The position numbers were made by a program, and so were the translations under genes. From an uncultured bacterium (GTDB taxonomy: Bacteria > Chlamydiota > Chlamydiia > Chlamydiales > SM23-39): DNA of 64,000 bases. Location of the stretch: assembly GCA_963716985.1 (NCBI GenBank), contig OY970323.1:288001-352000 (forward strand), given 5' to 3'. Below the pieces are notes generated by a model that searched no databases, was not told the origin of the DNA, and saw only the letters and a list, made by a program, of their open reading frames with translations. This document shows, in pieces, positions 1 to 9,800 of this stretch. Numbering within the stretch: the first letter of the stretch is position 1; each line of letters opens with the position of its first letter.

Positions 1-345
1 GCGTGGTCTGAAAGAGAGCCAGAAGTCGATGCTGCAAAAAGTGATCACATATTTAAGCAATCACAAGCACATGATGAAATATGACGAGTACTTAAAAAAG
101 GGATATCCGATCGGCACAGGTGTTGTTGAGGGCGCTTGTGGCAGTCTCGTAAAAAACAGAACCGATCGGTCTGGCATGAAGTGGACGCATGAAGGAGTAC
201 AGGCGATTCTAAATTTACGTGCGGTTAATCAGAACGGGGATTGGGATAAATATTTTGAATATTATATCGAGATGGAGCGGCAAAGATTATATCGAACCAT
301 CAATGCATCATAAATTCGGTTTTTGAAGTCAAATCGAACACACTC
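1..345 (+). mobile_element. Right end of an ISKra4-family IS (transposase C-terminus to 313; IRR gaagtcaaatcgaacacactc at 325-345); left part is outside the window
   Basis: Nearly identical to the end of the complete copy at 54893-56586; motif GVVEGACGSLVKNR..GMKW. Confidence 0.9.
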
Positions 346-504
346 CTCTGATTCGATATTCTCTTCTTGGAACGATGAGTCAGGTGATTCTATTCTCGGC
401 TTTTCGATTCATTTATCGGCGCTTTTTTTGAGCCGATTTCACAGGGAAGAATCTTCATGGATCGAGAAATTTTTTAGATCTTTTTTCTGGAGGATTGTTG
501 CACT

Positions 505-936
505 CTACTCTTTCTTTTCGAAAGAGGTCAGAGTGGCTTCCGTCTCGAGCATGTCGAGGAGGAAGTATTGCAGGACTTTTAAGACATATTTGGGAGTGTT
601 ATAGACGCCGGATGTGGTGAAAACAACTTCGAGATGGGTTTTGTTCTCGGAATTGAGAGCAATGACTACATAAGTGACGGGAGATTCTCCCTCCATTTTG
701 GGAACGATCCAAATCACAAAGTGTTCGTTGAAAAGAGTGACTTTTTCGGGGTTTTCGATCACGTGGAAATATTGGGCCAAATCATCGGTTTCCGGCGTGT
801 CCTCATCGAGATGTTGCACGAGACCAAGATCATAAAGAAGCGGGAGGTTGACGTTGACAACTCCGTCATGCGCCCATTCCGATAGGTTTTGCATGTATTC
901 TTTATAAAGTTCGTCTATTTGCTGCGGGTTCAGCAT
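505..936 (-). CDS. Conserved chlamydial hypothetical protein (CT550-like position, divergent from dac)
   Basis: ORF with probable ATG at 936 after GGAG; synteny with dacC as in Chlamydia. Confidence 0.6.
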   Translation of the reverse strand: MLNPQQIDELYKEYMQNLSEWAHDGVVNVNLPLLYDLGLVQHLDEDTPETDDLAQYFHVIENPEKVTLFNEHFVIWIVPKMEGESPVTYVVIALNSENKTHLEVVFTTSGVYNTPKYVLKVLQYFLLDMLETEATLTSFEKKE

Positions 937-1220
937 GGAAGCATCTCCTAAAAACTTACCCCTATGTTTTATTTTAGACCATATGTACTGGTCTGTCAAG
1001 ATTTGATTATAGAGAGGGGCGGTTGTTGTTCTATCGTGTTTAATATCAATGTTTTTATGTTATAAAACAGGGGGCTTTTTGTTCGTTTTTTTCATGGATT
1101 GGATATTTCTTGCGCTTGTTAAAAATTCTTGATATTCGTTACACTGCAGACTCTTCTTAGCGCAAGGGCAAAGGCCTTTTCGGGTCTAAGGGGATTCATA
1201 AAAGATTTGATTTTTGGCAG

Positions 1221-2444
1221 ATGTTTTCTTTTTTTCGGACGAATTGCTTCGTTTTTCTTTTTTTTCTATTTTTCTATGATTCCGTAGAGGCCCATCCCCT
1301 CGATGTGTCGGTGGATGCAAAATCGGCGATCCTAATCAATGCAGATTCCGGGAAAATCCTTTATGAAAAAGAGGCGCATCGGCCTGTATTTCCTGCAAGC
1401 ATCACGAAAATTGCAACAGCTCTCTATGTTTTGGAAAAGCATAAGGACAAGCTCCAAGAGGTTTTTCCCGTTTCCAGAGAAGCTCTGAGAGCTGCTAATT
1501 CGGAAGAAAAGAAGAGAAGCAACTACTCCCTCCCTCCCTATTGGCTCGAAGAGGGCGCTTCAAAGGTCGGATTAATAGACGGAGAAAAGGAATCTTTATA
1601 TTCCCTTCTTACGGGAATGCTTGTCGCCTCGGGAAATGATGCTGCGAATGTGGTGGCGGAAAGTATTGGCAAAACGATTCCTCATTTTATGGAAAATCTT
1701 GGGTCTTATCTGAAGGAGATCGGATGCGAGAAGACCTGCTTCATGAATCCCCATGGGCTTCACTATCCCGCGCATGTCACAACGGCCTTCGAGATGGCAG
1801 AAATCACGAGAAGGGCGATGAAACTCGAAGAGTTTCAAAAGATGGTCTCTACGCTTTCTTATACTCATGGGTCCCACTCTTTTTCCCAGACCAATCGTCT
1901 TGTGAAGAAGGGGAAATATTTTTATCCCTATGCCCTGGGAGTAAAAACGGGGCATACCTCGCATGCAGAGTATAACCTTGTCGCTGCGGCAGAAAAAAAT
2001 GGCCGCCGGATCATTGCCGTGGTTATGGGATGCAGCGAAAATCTCAAGTGTTATGAGGATGTGCGCGGTCTTTTTGAAGCCGCTTTTCGGGAAAAAAAAG
2101 GGCAAAAAGAATTGCTTCGAGCCCCTAAGCTTTTTCAGATGAAAATAGACGGGGCCAAAACTCTTTTAGAGGCGCAAATTTCCGAAGATGTAGTGATCGA
2201 ATCCTATCCTTCGGAAGAAGAGGCGGTTGATCTTTTCCTGCATTGGAAGAGAGGGGATCTTCCTATAGCCAAGGGAGAAGAGGTGGCTGCGATCGAAGTT
2301 TTTAATGCAAAAAAGCAGCTCGTGATGCAGGTTCCTCTATTTGCGAAAACAGCCGTTCGTCCGACCTTTTTTCATCGCTGGAAGGAGTTTTTTTCTTCTC
2401 TTTTTGGACATGCTCAAAAAGCTGAAAAAACTGCAAAGAGCTAA
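1221..2444 (+). CDS. dacC: D-alanyl-D-alanine carboxypeptidase (peptidase S11)
   Basis: SxxK (PASITK), SGN and KTG motifs; signal peptide. Confidence 0.92.
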   Translation: MFSFFRTNCFVFLFFLFFYDSVEAHPLDVSVDAKSAILINADSGKILYEKEAHRPVFPASITKIATALYVLEKHKDKLQEVFPVSREALRAANSEEKKRSNYSLPPYWLEEGASKVGLIDGEKESLYSLLTGMLVASGNDAANVVAESIGKTIPHFMENLGSYLKEIGCEKTCFMNPHGLHYPAHVTTAFEMAEITRRAMKLEEFQKMVSTLSYTHGSHSFSQTNRLVKKGKYFYPYALGVKTGHTSHAEYNLVAAAEKNGRRIIAVVMGCSENLKCYEDVRGLFEAAFREKKGQKELLRAPKLFQMKIDGAKTLLEAQISEDVVIESYPSEEEAVDLFLHWKRGDLPIAKGEEVAAIEVFNAKKQLVMQVPLFAKTAVRPTFFHRWKEFFSSLFGHAQKAEKTAKS

Positions 2445-3225
2445 GCTCTTCGGGCCTTGTTTCCTCTTTTAACGAAAGATGGAAGAGTGCTTCTTGGATG
2501 TGCTCTAAAGGATAGAGTTCTTTGAGAGAAGAAGTGATCTTTTTTCTCCTTTGCTGGAAAGCGCGAAAGACCATGCGGTGAAAGGGCTTTTGGATTGTTT
2601 GCGGAAGGGTTTTTTGGATTTGAATCTTTAGCAGGGTGGAGGTTACCTTTGCCTTCGGATAAAAGCAGGAAGGGGGTATGTCAAAGAGCCTCTCTGCTTT
2701 CGAATAGAAATGGGTCAAGACGCTCAAAGCGCCATAACTTTTTGTCTGATGGAAAGAGAGCAGGCGCAGGCCGGCTTCTTTTTGTACCATGAGAATGAGC
2801 GTTGTGAAACAGGAAGAGAGTTCAAAAAAACGCAAGAAAAGATCGGATGTAATATTGTAGGGGAGGTTCGCTACGACCTTGATCTTTTGCGATAGTTTTT
2901 CCTTTAACGGGAATTGAAGAAAGTCTTCTTCGAAAATTTGTAGGTTGGGAAACCTTGTTTTCCAAGTAGATAAGTGAGAAGCAAAGAAAGAATCCTTTTC
3001 GACGGCGATCAGCTTTGCTTTTTTTTCTAAAAGCGCCTCGGTCAAGACTCCGGCCCCAGGTCCGATTTCTAACACTGTTTCTCCCTCTGAGATAGAGGCT
3101 GCTTCCACAATTTTTCGGACGATATTTCCATCGATGAGAAAATTTTGAGAGAGCGATTTTTTAGGAAATACCCCTCCCTTTTTAAGAAGAGAGAGAAGAG
3201 CTGTGGGGCGAAAAATCTGTGCCAT
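2302..3225 (-). CDS. rsmA: 16S rRNA adenine dimethyltransferase
   Basis: KSLSQNFL, EIGPGAG, VANLPYNI motifs. Confidence 0.95.
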   Translation of the reverse strand: MAQIFRPTALLSLLKKGGVFPKKSLSQNFLIDGNIVRKIVEAASISEGETVLEIGPGAGVLTEALLEKKAKLIAVEKDSFFASHLSTWKTRFPNLQIFEEDFLQFPLKEKLSQKIKVVANLPYNITSDLFLRFFELSSCFTTLILMVQKEAGLRLLSFHQTKSYGALSVLTHFYSKAERLFDIPPSCFYPKAKVTSTLLKIQIQKTLPQTIQKPFHRMVFRAFQQRRKKITSSLKELYPLEHIQEALFHLSLKEETRPEELSSLQFFQLFEHVQKEKKKTPSSDEKRSDERLFSQIEEPASRAAFLH

Positions 3226-4268
3226 TATTGCAAGAAAAACGGCTGGAAATCCTCAGGGAAGTTCTTGAGCTCTGCTGTGGGATCGTATCCGTAGCGTTTG
3301 CGCAGCTTTTCACAATAGTGGGCATATTCTTTTGAGGCCGTTTCATGGAAGAGCTGTTCTTGCAACTGGTCGGATACTTTTTCAAAAGCAGGGGCTTCTT
3401 TTTTGTTAAAATCCTTTAGATAAAAAATGCGGTAAACTTTTTTGCCTTCAAGACGGCTGGTTTGAAAGATCGGCAGGCTATAAGTTTCCGGGGAGAGCGT
3501 TTGGAGAGTCGAGAGGTGAGAAGGGGAAAGTTCTTTTTGGTTTGCCGTGTAGAGTTTTGAGACTTGAATGACAACTCCCTCATGGCTTTTTTCGATCTCT
3601 TTGATGGAATCCTGTAGGGAAGAGGGATCTTTTTTCGAAGAAGACAAGATCGCATGAACCTTTTCTGCAACCTTTTTTTCGAGATCTTCCTCAGGTGCTT
3701 TGACCGTAACCAGCTGGTAGTTCCACTCGTCCAATGCGGGATTTTTTTGGCAATATTCGCTGTATGCTTTTCGAATGACTTGCGGAGTGACGGAAGCAAA
3801 GGCTCTATTGGATACGTAATAACCCGTCATTTTTTTGACGATCATGTCCGTCTTCGTCATTTCCCAGGCTTCTTCATAGCTGACCCCAAGATCGAACAGC
3901 GTGAAGAGAATATTGGGGCCAAAACGCTTTTGCATCTCTTCTCGAATCTCTCCGTCGGAGGTTTTCAGCTCTTTCGTTGCGGCGTCCATCAAAACGAGCT
4001 CTGTGTCGATCATCTCAATCAGAATATGCCGCCAGCTGGAGAGATAAAATTGATAGCGTGCTTGCACATTGTTTTTCAAGTGGGGGTAGGTGCGGTAAAA
4101 AAGCAGGTCCATCTTTTTTTTCACATCAAGAAGGGAGATCGATCGATCTTTTACCTTGGCGAGAATCGTGTTTTGCACGTAAATCGATTTGGGCTCCGCG
4201 AAGGATTGCTCTAGAGAAAAAATCTGCGACGCCAAGAAAAAAAAGAATGGTAAAAGAAGTTTTTTCAT
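3225..4268 (-). CDS. Exported SurA/PPIase-like chaperone (CT355-like)
   Basis: Signal peptide, SurA-N-like ILAKV..ISLLD segment, adjacent to rsmA as in Chlamydia. Confidence 0.6.
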   Translation of the reverse strand: MKKLLLPFFFFLASQIFSLEQSFAEPKSIYVQNTILAKVKDRSISLLDVKKKMDLLFYRTYPHLKNNVQARYQFYLSSWRHILIEMIDTELVLMDAATKELKTSDGEIREEMQKRFGPNILFTLFDLGVSYEEAWEMTKTDMIVKKMTGYYVSNRAFASVTPQVIRKAYSEYCQKNPALDEWNYQLVTVKAPEEDLEKKVAEKVHAILSSSKKDPSSLQDSIKEIEKSHEGVVIQVSKLYTANQKELSPSHLSTLQTLSPETYSLPIFQTSRLEGKKVYRIFYLKDFNKKEAPAFEKVSDQLQEQLFHETASKEYAHYCEKLRKRYGYDPTAELKNFPEDFQPFFLQ

Positions 4269-4314
4269 ATGTTCAGTTTTTTGGGGCTTAGAATATCCTT
4301 TTTTTCGCCATCAA

Positions 4315-5478
4315 TCAAGTTTTTTGCTCAAAATCAGGCGATTTTTGCGGTTGTTTTTTTTGAAGAACGGCTCCAAAAAAGCCATCCATCCCCCCTTTTT
4401 GCGGAGCCCAGGAAATGGGAGGTTTTTCGAGCTCGAAACCATGCTTTTCGGAAAAATAGGCGATCTGCTCTCGATTTTCTTCGGCAAGGAGGCTGCAGGT
4501 CATGTAGACGATTCTTCCCCTGGGCTTTAAAAAGGGGAGGGCTTTTTCAAAAATCGATCTCTGCTCTTCCAAAAGAGAGGAGAGAAACTCCTTGGTGAAT
4601 TTCCATTTCATGTCGGGATTTCTTCGCAGCGTTCCCGTGCCGGAGCAGGGGACGTCCAGTAGGATCCAATCCATTTTTCCATGGAGGAAAGAGGCCTCTT
4701 TTTCATGGGGAAGCAGCTGTGCGTTTTGGATGGAGGCGCGCTTCATTCTTTTCTTCGCGGTCTCTAAAATCCAAGAGCGAATATCGTGCAAATAAATTTG
4801 TCCCTGCCGCTCCATTTTATGGGCAAAAGCCAGGGTTTTTCCACCGGCGCCCGCGCAAAAATCGAGCACCTGATCGCCGGGTTTCGCATCGACGAGCTCG
4901 GCCATAAGCTGGCTCCCCTCGTCTTGAATTTCAAAGAGTCCTTCTTTAAATTCCGGCAATGAGAAAAAATTGATCTTTTTGTGAAAGCGTATGCCGTAAG
5001 AAGAGATGGGACATAGGGAGACGGAGAAGGTGTTTTTCCATTTTTCAAAAAGCGCGTCCCTTGTGGTTTTTAAAGAATTGACACGAACGGTTGTTGGGGC
5101 TGTAGCATTGGAGATCAAGGCAATTTGTTTTGCCTCTTCTTCCCCATAATTGGAGATAAGAAGGTCAAATAAAATTTTGGGAAAGCTCATCCGAATGTGT
5201 ATAGGAATAGAGGGGTCTTCAATAAACGAAGAAAGCGAGCATTGATTGTAGCTTTCGAACCGCTTTTCCCAAGAGAGGGGCTTTTGGGTGAGATGGTCGA
5301 GCAGCCCGCGCCAGCGAAAGAGGTCATAGACCGTTTCGGCGATGAATTTTCGATCCTTCGCGCCGATGCTCTTGTTTGCGCGAAAATACTGGGACAGAAA
5401 GGCGTCCAGCGGTTTTTTCTGCAGCTCATAGCGCTTGAGAATTTGGAAAAGATGATGGTGGCGGAAGAGTTCCTTCAT
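4315..5478 (-). CDS. rsmB: RsmB/NOP family RNA cytosine-C5 methyltransferase (Fmu)
   Basis: QDEGSQ, DFCAGAGGKT, DVPCSGTG, YMTCS motifs. Confidence 0.88.
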   Translation of the reverse strand: MKELFRHHHLFQILKRYELQKKPLDAFLSQYFRANKSIGAKDRKFIAETVYDLFRWRGLLDHLTQKPLSWEKRFESYNQCSLSSFIEDPSIPIHIRMSFPKILFDLLISNYGEEEAKQIALISNATAPTTVRVNSLKTTRDALFEKWKNTFSVSLCPISSYGIRFHKKINFFSLPEFKEGLFEIQDEGSQLMAELVDAKPGDQVLDFCAGAGGKTLAFAHKMERQGQIYLHDIRSWILETAKKRMKRASIQNAQLLPHEKEASFLHGKMDWILLDVPCSGTGTLRRNPDMKWKFTKEFLSSLLEEQRSIFEKALPFLKPRGRIVYMTCSLLAEENREQIAYFSEKHGFELEKPPISWAPQKGGMDGFFGAVLQKKQPQKSPDFEQKT

Positions 5479-5684
5479 AGGGAGGTAAGTGTAGAGCAAG
5501 GAGTGTTTAAAAAGAAGAAATCTTCGAAGGGAATGGGGGATTGCTATTCCGCCAAAACTTCTGAGACTGTCTTCAGAAAATCAATCTGTCAAAAACACAA
5601 CAAATGTAGTGCCACAAACCATTTAAATTTTTGCAACGTACTTGTCTACAGTAATATGCATTTTTTTTTGGTGTCAAGCTCGGG

Positions 5685-5808
5685 GGCCATGTTCACTTCT
5701 TCGGTCAGTTGTTAATGCGACTGCCTTTGTTTTTTAATGATGAGGGCGACTTTGCTAACTTGTGCCATCCACTGACCGAAAGTTTTTCCTCTCAAAGTGA
5801 ACAAGGCC
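5685..5808. mobile_element. 124-bp MITE, copy 1; ends GGCCATGTTCACTT / AAGTGAACAAGGCC
   Basis: 8-bp TSD agctcggg at 5677-5684 and 5809-5816; second copy at 6294-6417. Confidence 0.9.
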
Positions 5809-5871
5809 AGCTCGGGACTTACGAGCGGTAAATCAGAATGGCAGGGCTTTTTCATGAGATTTTTTTTGACC

Positions 5872-5979
5872 TGGCCTGCTCATAGACAAAACGTACAATT
5901 TGATGCGGTCTGTAACTATGTTCAGAATGTGATTTGCTGGTCGTGAGGGTTGTAAGTTTCATAGAGCGCAGAGGTGTCA
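5872..5979. mobile_element. 108-bp TG...CA mini-element (IS3-like) inserted in the left IR of the CAGGG element
   Basis: 3-bp TSD acc (5869-5871, 5980-5982); removal restores the host IR. Confidence 0.72.
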
Positions 5980-6293
5980 ACCCAAGTTTAACGGCCTTCA
6001 TAGGAGAATCAGTTTAAAGTTAGGCCGATTCGTCACTACATCTTGAAATTTTCACGATATTTTTACGTTTTTGAGAATCTGTATAGAGGAATCTTCTATA
6101 AATATTATGAGCATATGCATAACGTAAATTTTTTTAAAACCCCTAAATTGCGCCAAAATGCGATTCTATCACTACAAATGAACTCGAAATTTCTGATGTT
6201 GATTGTCAATAGCTTGCGAAATGTCATTTTTAGGCGAAAATCACAAACAAAGGATTCTTAGGCAGATACAAAAACGCCCTCAAGCGAAAATCG

Positions 6294-6417
6294 GGCCTTG
6301 TTCACTTCGAGAGGGAAAACTTTCGATCAGTGGATGGCACAAGTCAGCAAAGTCGCCCTCATCATTGAAAAACAAAGTCAGTCGCATTAACAACTGACCG
6401 AAGAAGTGAACATGGCC
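6294..6417. mobile_element. 124-bp MITE, copy 2 (inverted relative to copy 1)
   Basis: 8-bp TSD gaaaatcg at 6286-6293 and 6418-6425. Confidence 0.9.
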
Positions 6418-6502
6418 GAAAATCGTTAAACTTGGGTCAAGAAAAATCTCATGAAAAAGCCCTGTCAGAATGGGGGATTGGGATAAATATTTTGAATATT
6501 AT

Positions 6503-6583
6503 TAACTCCGCTAGTCAAATAGGTGACGTGAGAAGGATAGTGAGCTGAAAGCGTCTTTGTCGTCTGTATGCCTAGCGGATTAG
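6503..6583. mobile_element. About 80-bp mini-element with imperfect IRs (taactccgctagtca / tgcctagcggattag)
   Basis: Interrupts the ISKra4 remnant at gaatattat|atcgag, apparently with a short tat duplication. Confidence 0.62.
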
Positions 6584-6668
6584 TATATCGAGATGGAGCG
6601 GCGGAGGTTATATCAAAACCTCAATGTACCATAGGTTCGGCTTTTGAATTCAAATCGAATACACTCTA

Positions 6669-6848
6669 TTAATCTTTGTATTTTTCTATTTCTTTTTCAT
6701 TAGTTCGCAAATCTGAAATCTTAATAAGCCATAAAGTTCTAAATTTTTTTGGAATTCTAATGCGAATCTCTGCTTCTGCTTCATTTAGATCTACCACTGA
6801 ATATTTATTTGTACATTCTTGAACTAAACTAAATATTTCTTCATTCAT
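6669..6848 (-). CDS. 59-aa ORF, candidate RHS immunity protein (MNEEIFSLVQECTNKYSVV...)
   Basis: ATG 4 nt after the RHS stop; AT-rich like the toxin tip; translated by hand because it is absent from the ORF track. Confidence 0.6.
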   Translation of the reverse strand: MNEEIFSLVQECTNKYSVVDLNEAEAEIRIRIPKKFRTLWLIKISDLRTNEKEIEKYKD

Positions 6849-6852
6849 AACC

Positions 6853-9800
6853 CTACTCTGGATTAATATCTATTGGATAAATTCTTTCATTAAAAATTTC
6901 GATTTTCCTGTTTTTTTTCATCTCATATTCTATTAAGTGGGTGTGTGGATTAGGGTGTGGTTTAGGGTGATTAAGATCCATTCTAAACTGTCTTAAACCA
7001 TTTTTGGATTCAATCAAGAGATCTCCATGACTATTTTTGAAAAGTCTAGAATCTTTACCAAGAAATGTTTCTAATTTTTCTAAGGTTTGTTCAGCTTTAA
7101 GAAAAGAAAGCCTTTCTACTTCTTTAGCAAGTTTTGCAGCTTGCATAGGAATTCGAGATAATCTGTTGAGTGTCATGACTCCCTTAACTGTTCCATACCC
7201 TCCAGCAACTAAGGAAGCTATTTCCAAGCCCATGGTGGTTTTTGAACGAAAAGATTGATAAACAGCATCTGATTCATCGATTGAGAACAAGTCAAGGACA
7301 TGGCTTTCTACACAAGATGACTGTTGCATCTGAGACAGTTCTACTGTTTCAATGATTTGCATTCTTTCTTGAAGGCCCAGCTCTTGTTCGCCAGAACCTA
7401 TGTAGACAGCAGCTGTTTGCAAATCGTGGAGAGATCCTATCACAAAGTCCACAACGCCATGGCTAATCCCTCCTAATGCACTTTTGATGTCGCCTCCTTT
7501 TTTGCTACGATACCTTGAAGCAGCTTCTTCAGGAGCTTCATTTCTTTCGCATATGCAGATACAATTGGAAGGTGCGTTGTACCATCCCGGGTGATCATGT
7601 AATGTACAGCCACAATTTTCGTCCAATTTGGAGTGCAATCCAAAGGAGTCGGCATATTTCATGGGATTGTTGTGGGCAAAAGCATAAAGATTTGGTCCAT
7701 CAATAGTTCCTATTGGATCAGGACTAATCCATCTGCCGATTTCTGGGTCGTAGTAACGGTAGCCGAAATAGATAAGCCCTACTTCTTCGTCTACCCGTTT
7801 ACCCCGATATCTCCACGGATTGCCGATGGAAGATTGGGAAAGGATTTTTCCACTTTCATTTATGATTTCCTCTTCTCCGTAAATGGAGTATCGATAACTT
7901 TCGACAACTCTATGTTTTATAGGATCGAGCAGGCAAACAATATTTCCCTGCAGATCATAGATGGGAACAGAGGTTTCATTTTTCACTTCGATTGCAATAG
8001 CGGAAGATTCGGGATTATTGGGATCGCTGGGAATCTTTAGCTCGATGATCATTCCTTTTTCATTCACACATCCAATTTCGGTATCGTTTATGTAGAAGAA
8101 GCGAAGGACTTTCGATTTCTTGCCTTTAGCATCAATGCGCTTGCTAAGTCGCTTTCCGGTGAGATCGTAAGTAAAGGTTACTGTGTTTTGATCGGCATCT
8201 TGAATGGAGACAACCTGATTGAGAGGGTTCGTCTGATAAGTCTGGGTGTTTCCATGGACCGTCTTAGTGGCAATAGATCCATTTGGATGGAAAGTGTAGA
8301 TATTGCCTTCGGCCTCCATCAGCTCATTCAAGATATTTACTTTATAAGCAGATCGATCTTTTTTCAGGCGATTTCCGATCGAATCGTAGGAGTACTCATG
8401 GTTGATAGGGCCTTTTTCTGAAATGAGCTGCAAAAGAGCATTTGAGTCATACTCGATTGTGCATTGTTTCTCTTCAAGAGAGGTTTTTCGCTTTTTGATA
8501 TGATCTAAGGAATCATATTCTAAAACTTTGTCTTGAAAGAAATCTGTGGTTAGCGCCACTCTTTTTCCGGAGTCATCCCAGAATTGCGTTCTAATACCAA
8601 GGTTCCTGGGCAAGATTTCTTCTAAAATATTGCCCATTTGGTCTCTAGAGGAGACAGTATAAGTGTAGAGCTTTTTTTTATCTTTACTGAAACGAGAAAC
8701 GGTTTTTACTAACGGACCTTCATAGGAATATTTTACGTAGGATCCATCGGGAAAAGTAAGCGTTTGTATTTTTCCTTCACCGTCATAGGTTCGGCTGATT
8801 TGATACTCCCCGAATTCGTCATTGATAGTTTCCGAAGTGAGCAAATCATTTTCGTCATAGTCATAGCCAATCGAAAAATCATCACGGTTCATGCTTGTCA
8901 GATTTTTGTTCTTGTCATAACAGAGCTTGAACTCGATCTTTTTTTCAGACTCTTTATAAGAGATAATCTCTAAATCTCCCCTATTGTCATATTGATAAGA
9001 GATAGGAGTTTGCTCGCCGGGATTATATTTTTTTGCAAGTTCACCATGGGAATTGTACTCGAAGCGAGTCACCCTTTCTTCAAGAGATCCTTTGCCAAGC
9101 ACAATAGACTCAAGCCGGTCGTTTTGATTATAGGAATACTCAATTTCATGATTTCCGGAAGGCCCATCTGCTGCAATCACAACGGCTTTTTCAAGTTTTT
9201 TGTTTCCAAAACAGTCGTAGGAAATGTCCTGGCAGCTCAGTAATTTGCCCGACTTGTTTTTTTTACAAACCTGAATCAGATGACCATCATGATCGAAAAT
9301 TTCTTCAGTTCTATTGCCCAACGAATCAACGAGTGTACATTTGTTTCCTTTCTGTCCCCAATCACTGATATAAGCATCATCGTAAATAATTTGAGAGACA
9401 TTTCCCGTTGCACTGATAGCTTTGCAAAGACGACCCAATCCATCATACTCGTATTGCATCAAAATAGTTTCATGGTTATGCGGATAACCGATGATTTGAG
9501 CGAGTTCTCCTGCATCGTTATAAGCGAACCTTTTTCGCAAGAGGATCTGTCCCGAAGGGCCTTCCGTTCTTTCTTCGACGACTCTATCGAGTAGATCGTA
9601 ATCTTTGACTTCTAGTGTGAAATCTTTTGAAGATGTCCATTTTTTGATACTTTGCTCTCTGCCCAGTGGATCGTAAGAAAACTCGATTGTCTGATTTTCT
9701 TTTATGAGACGGCAAGGCCTGCCACATCCGTCATAAACATAAGTTGTTATGTTGTTTCGTGCATCTGTCTCTGATGTCTTATGGAAAGCGCTATATTGAG

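Larger units (their letters stand above)
5842..6464. mobile_element. Non-autonomous element with CAGGG termini (ISAs1-like), 41-bp terminal inverted repeats
   Basis: 9-bp TSD tcagaatgg (5833-5841, 6465-6473); the IRs differ at one position once the insert in the left IR is removed. Confidence 0.82.
5818..6666 (+). pseudogene. Degenerate ISKra4 right-end remnant split by later insertions
   Basis: Removing the inserts restores ttacgagcggtaaatcagaatgggggattgggataaatattttgaatattatatcgagatggagcgg...tcaaatcgaatacactc, homologous to about 215-345. Confidence 0.85.

Noticed and set aside
5585..5676. Possible further element with TGT..(A)CA-like ends
   Set aside because: No convincing IR pair or TSD could be established
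5685..6417. The two 124-bp inverted copies as ends of one composite transposon or invertible segment
   Set aside because: Each copy has its own distinct 8-bp TSD, so they are independent insertions
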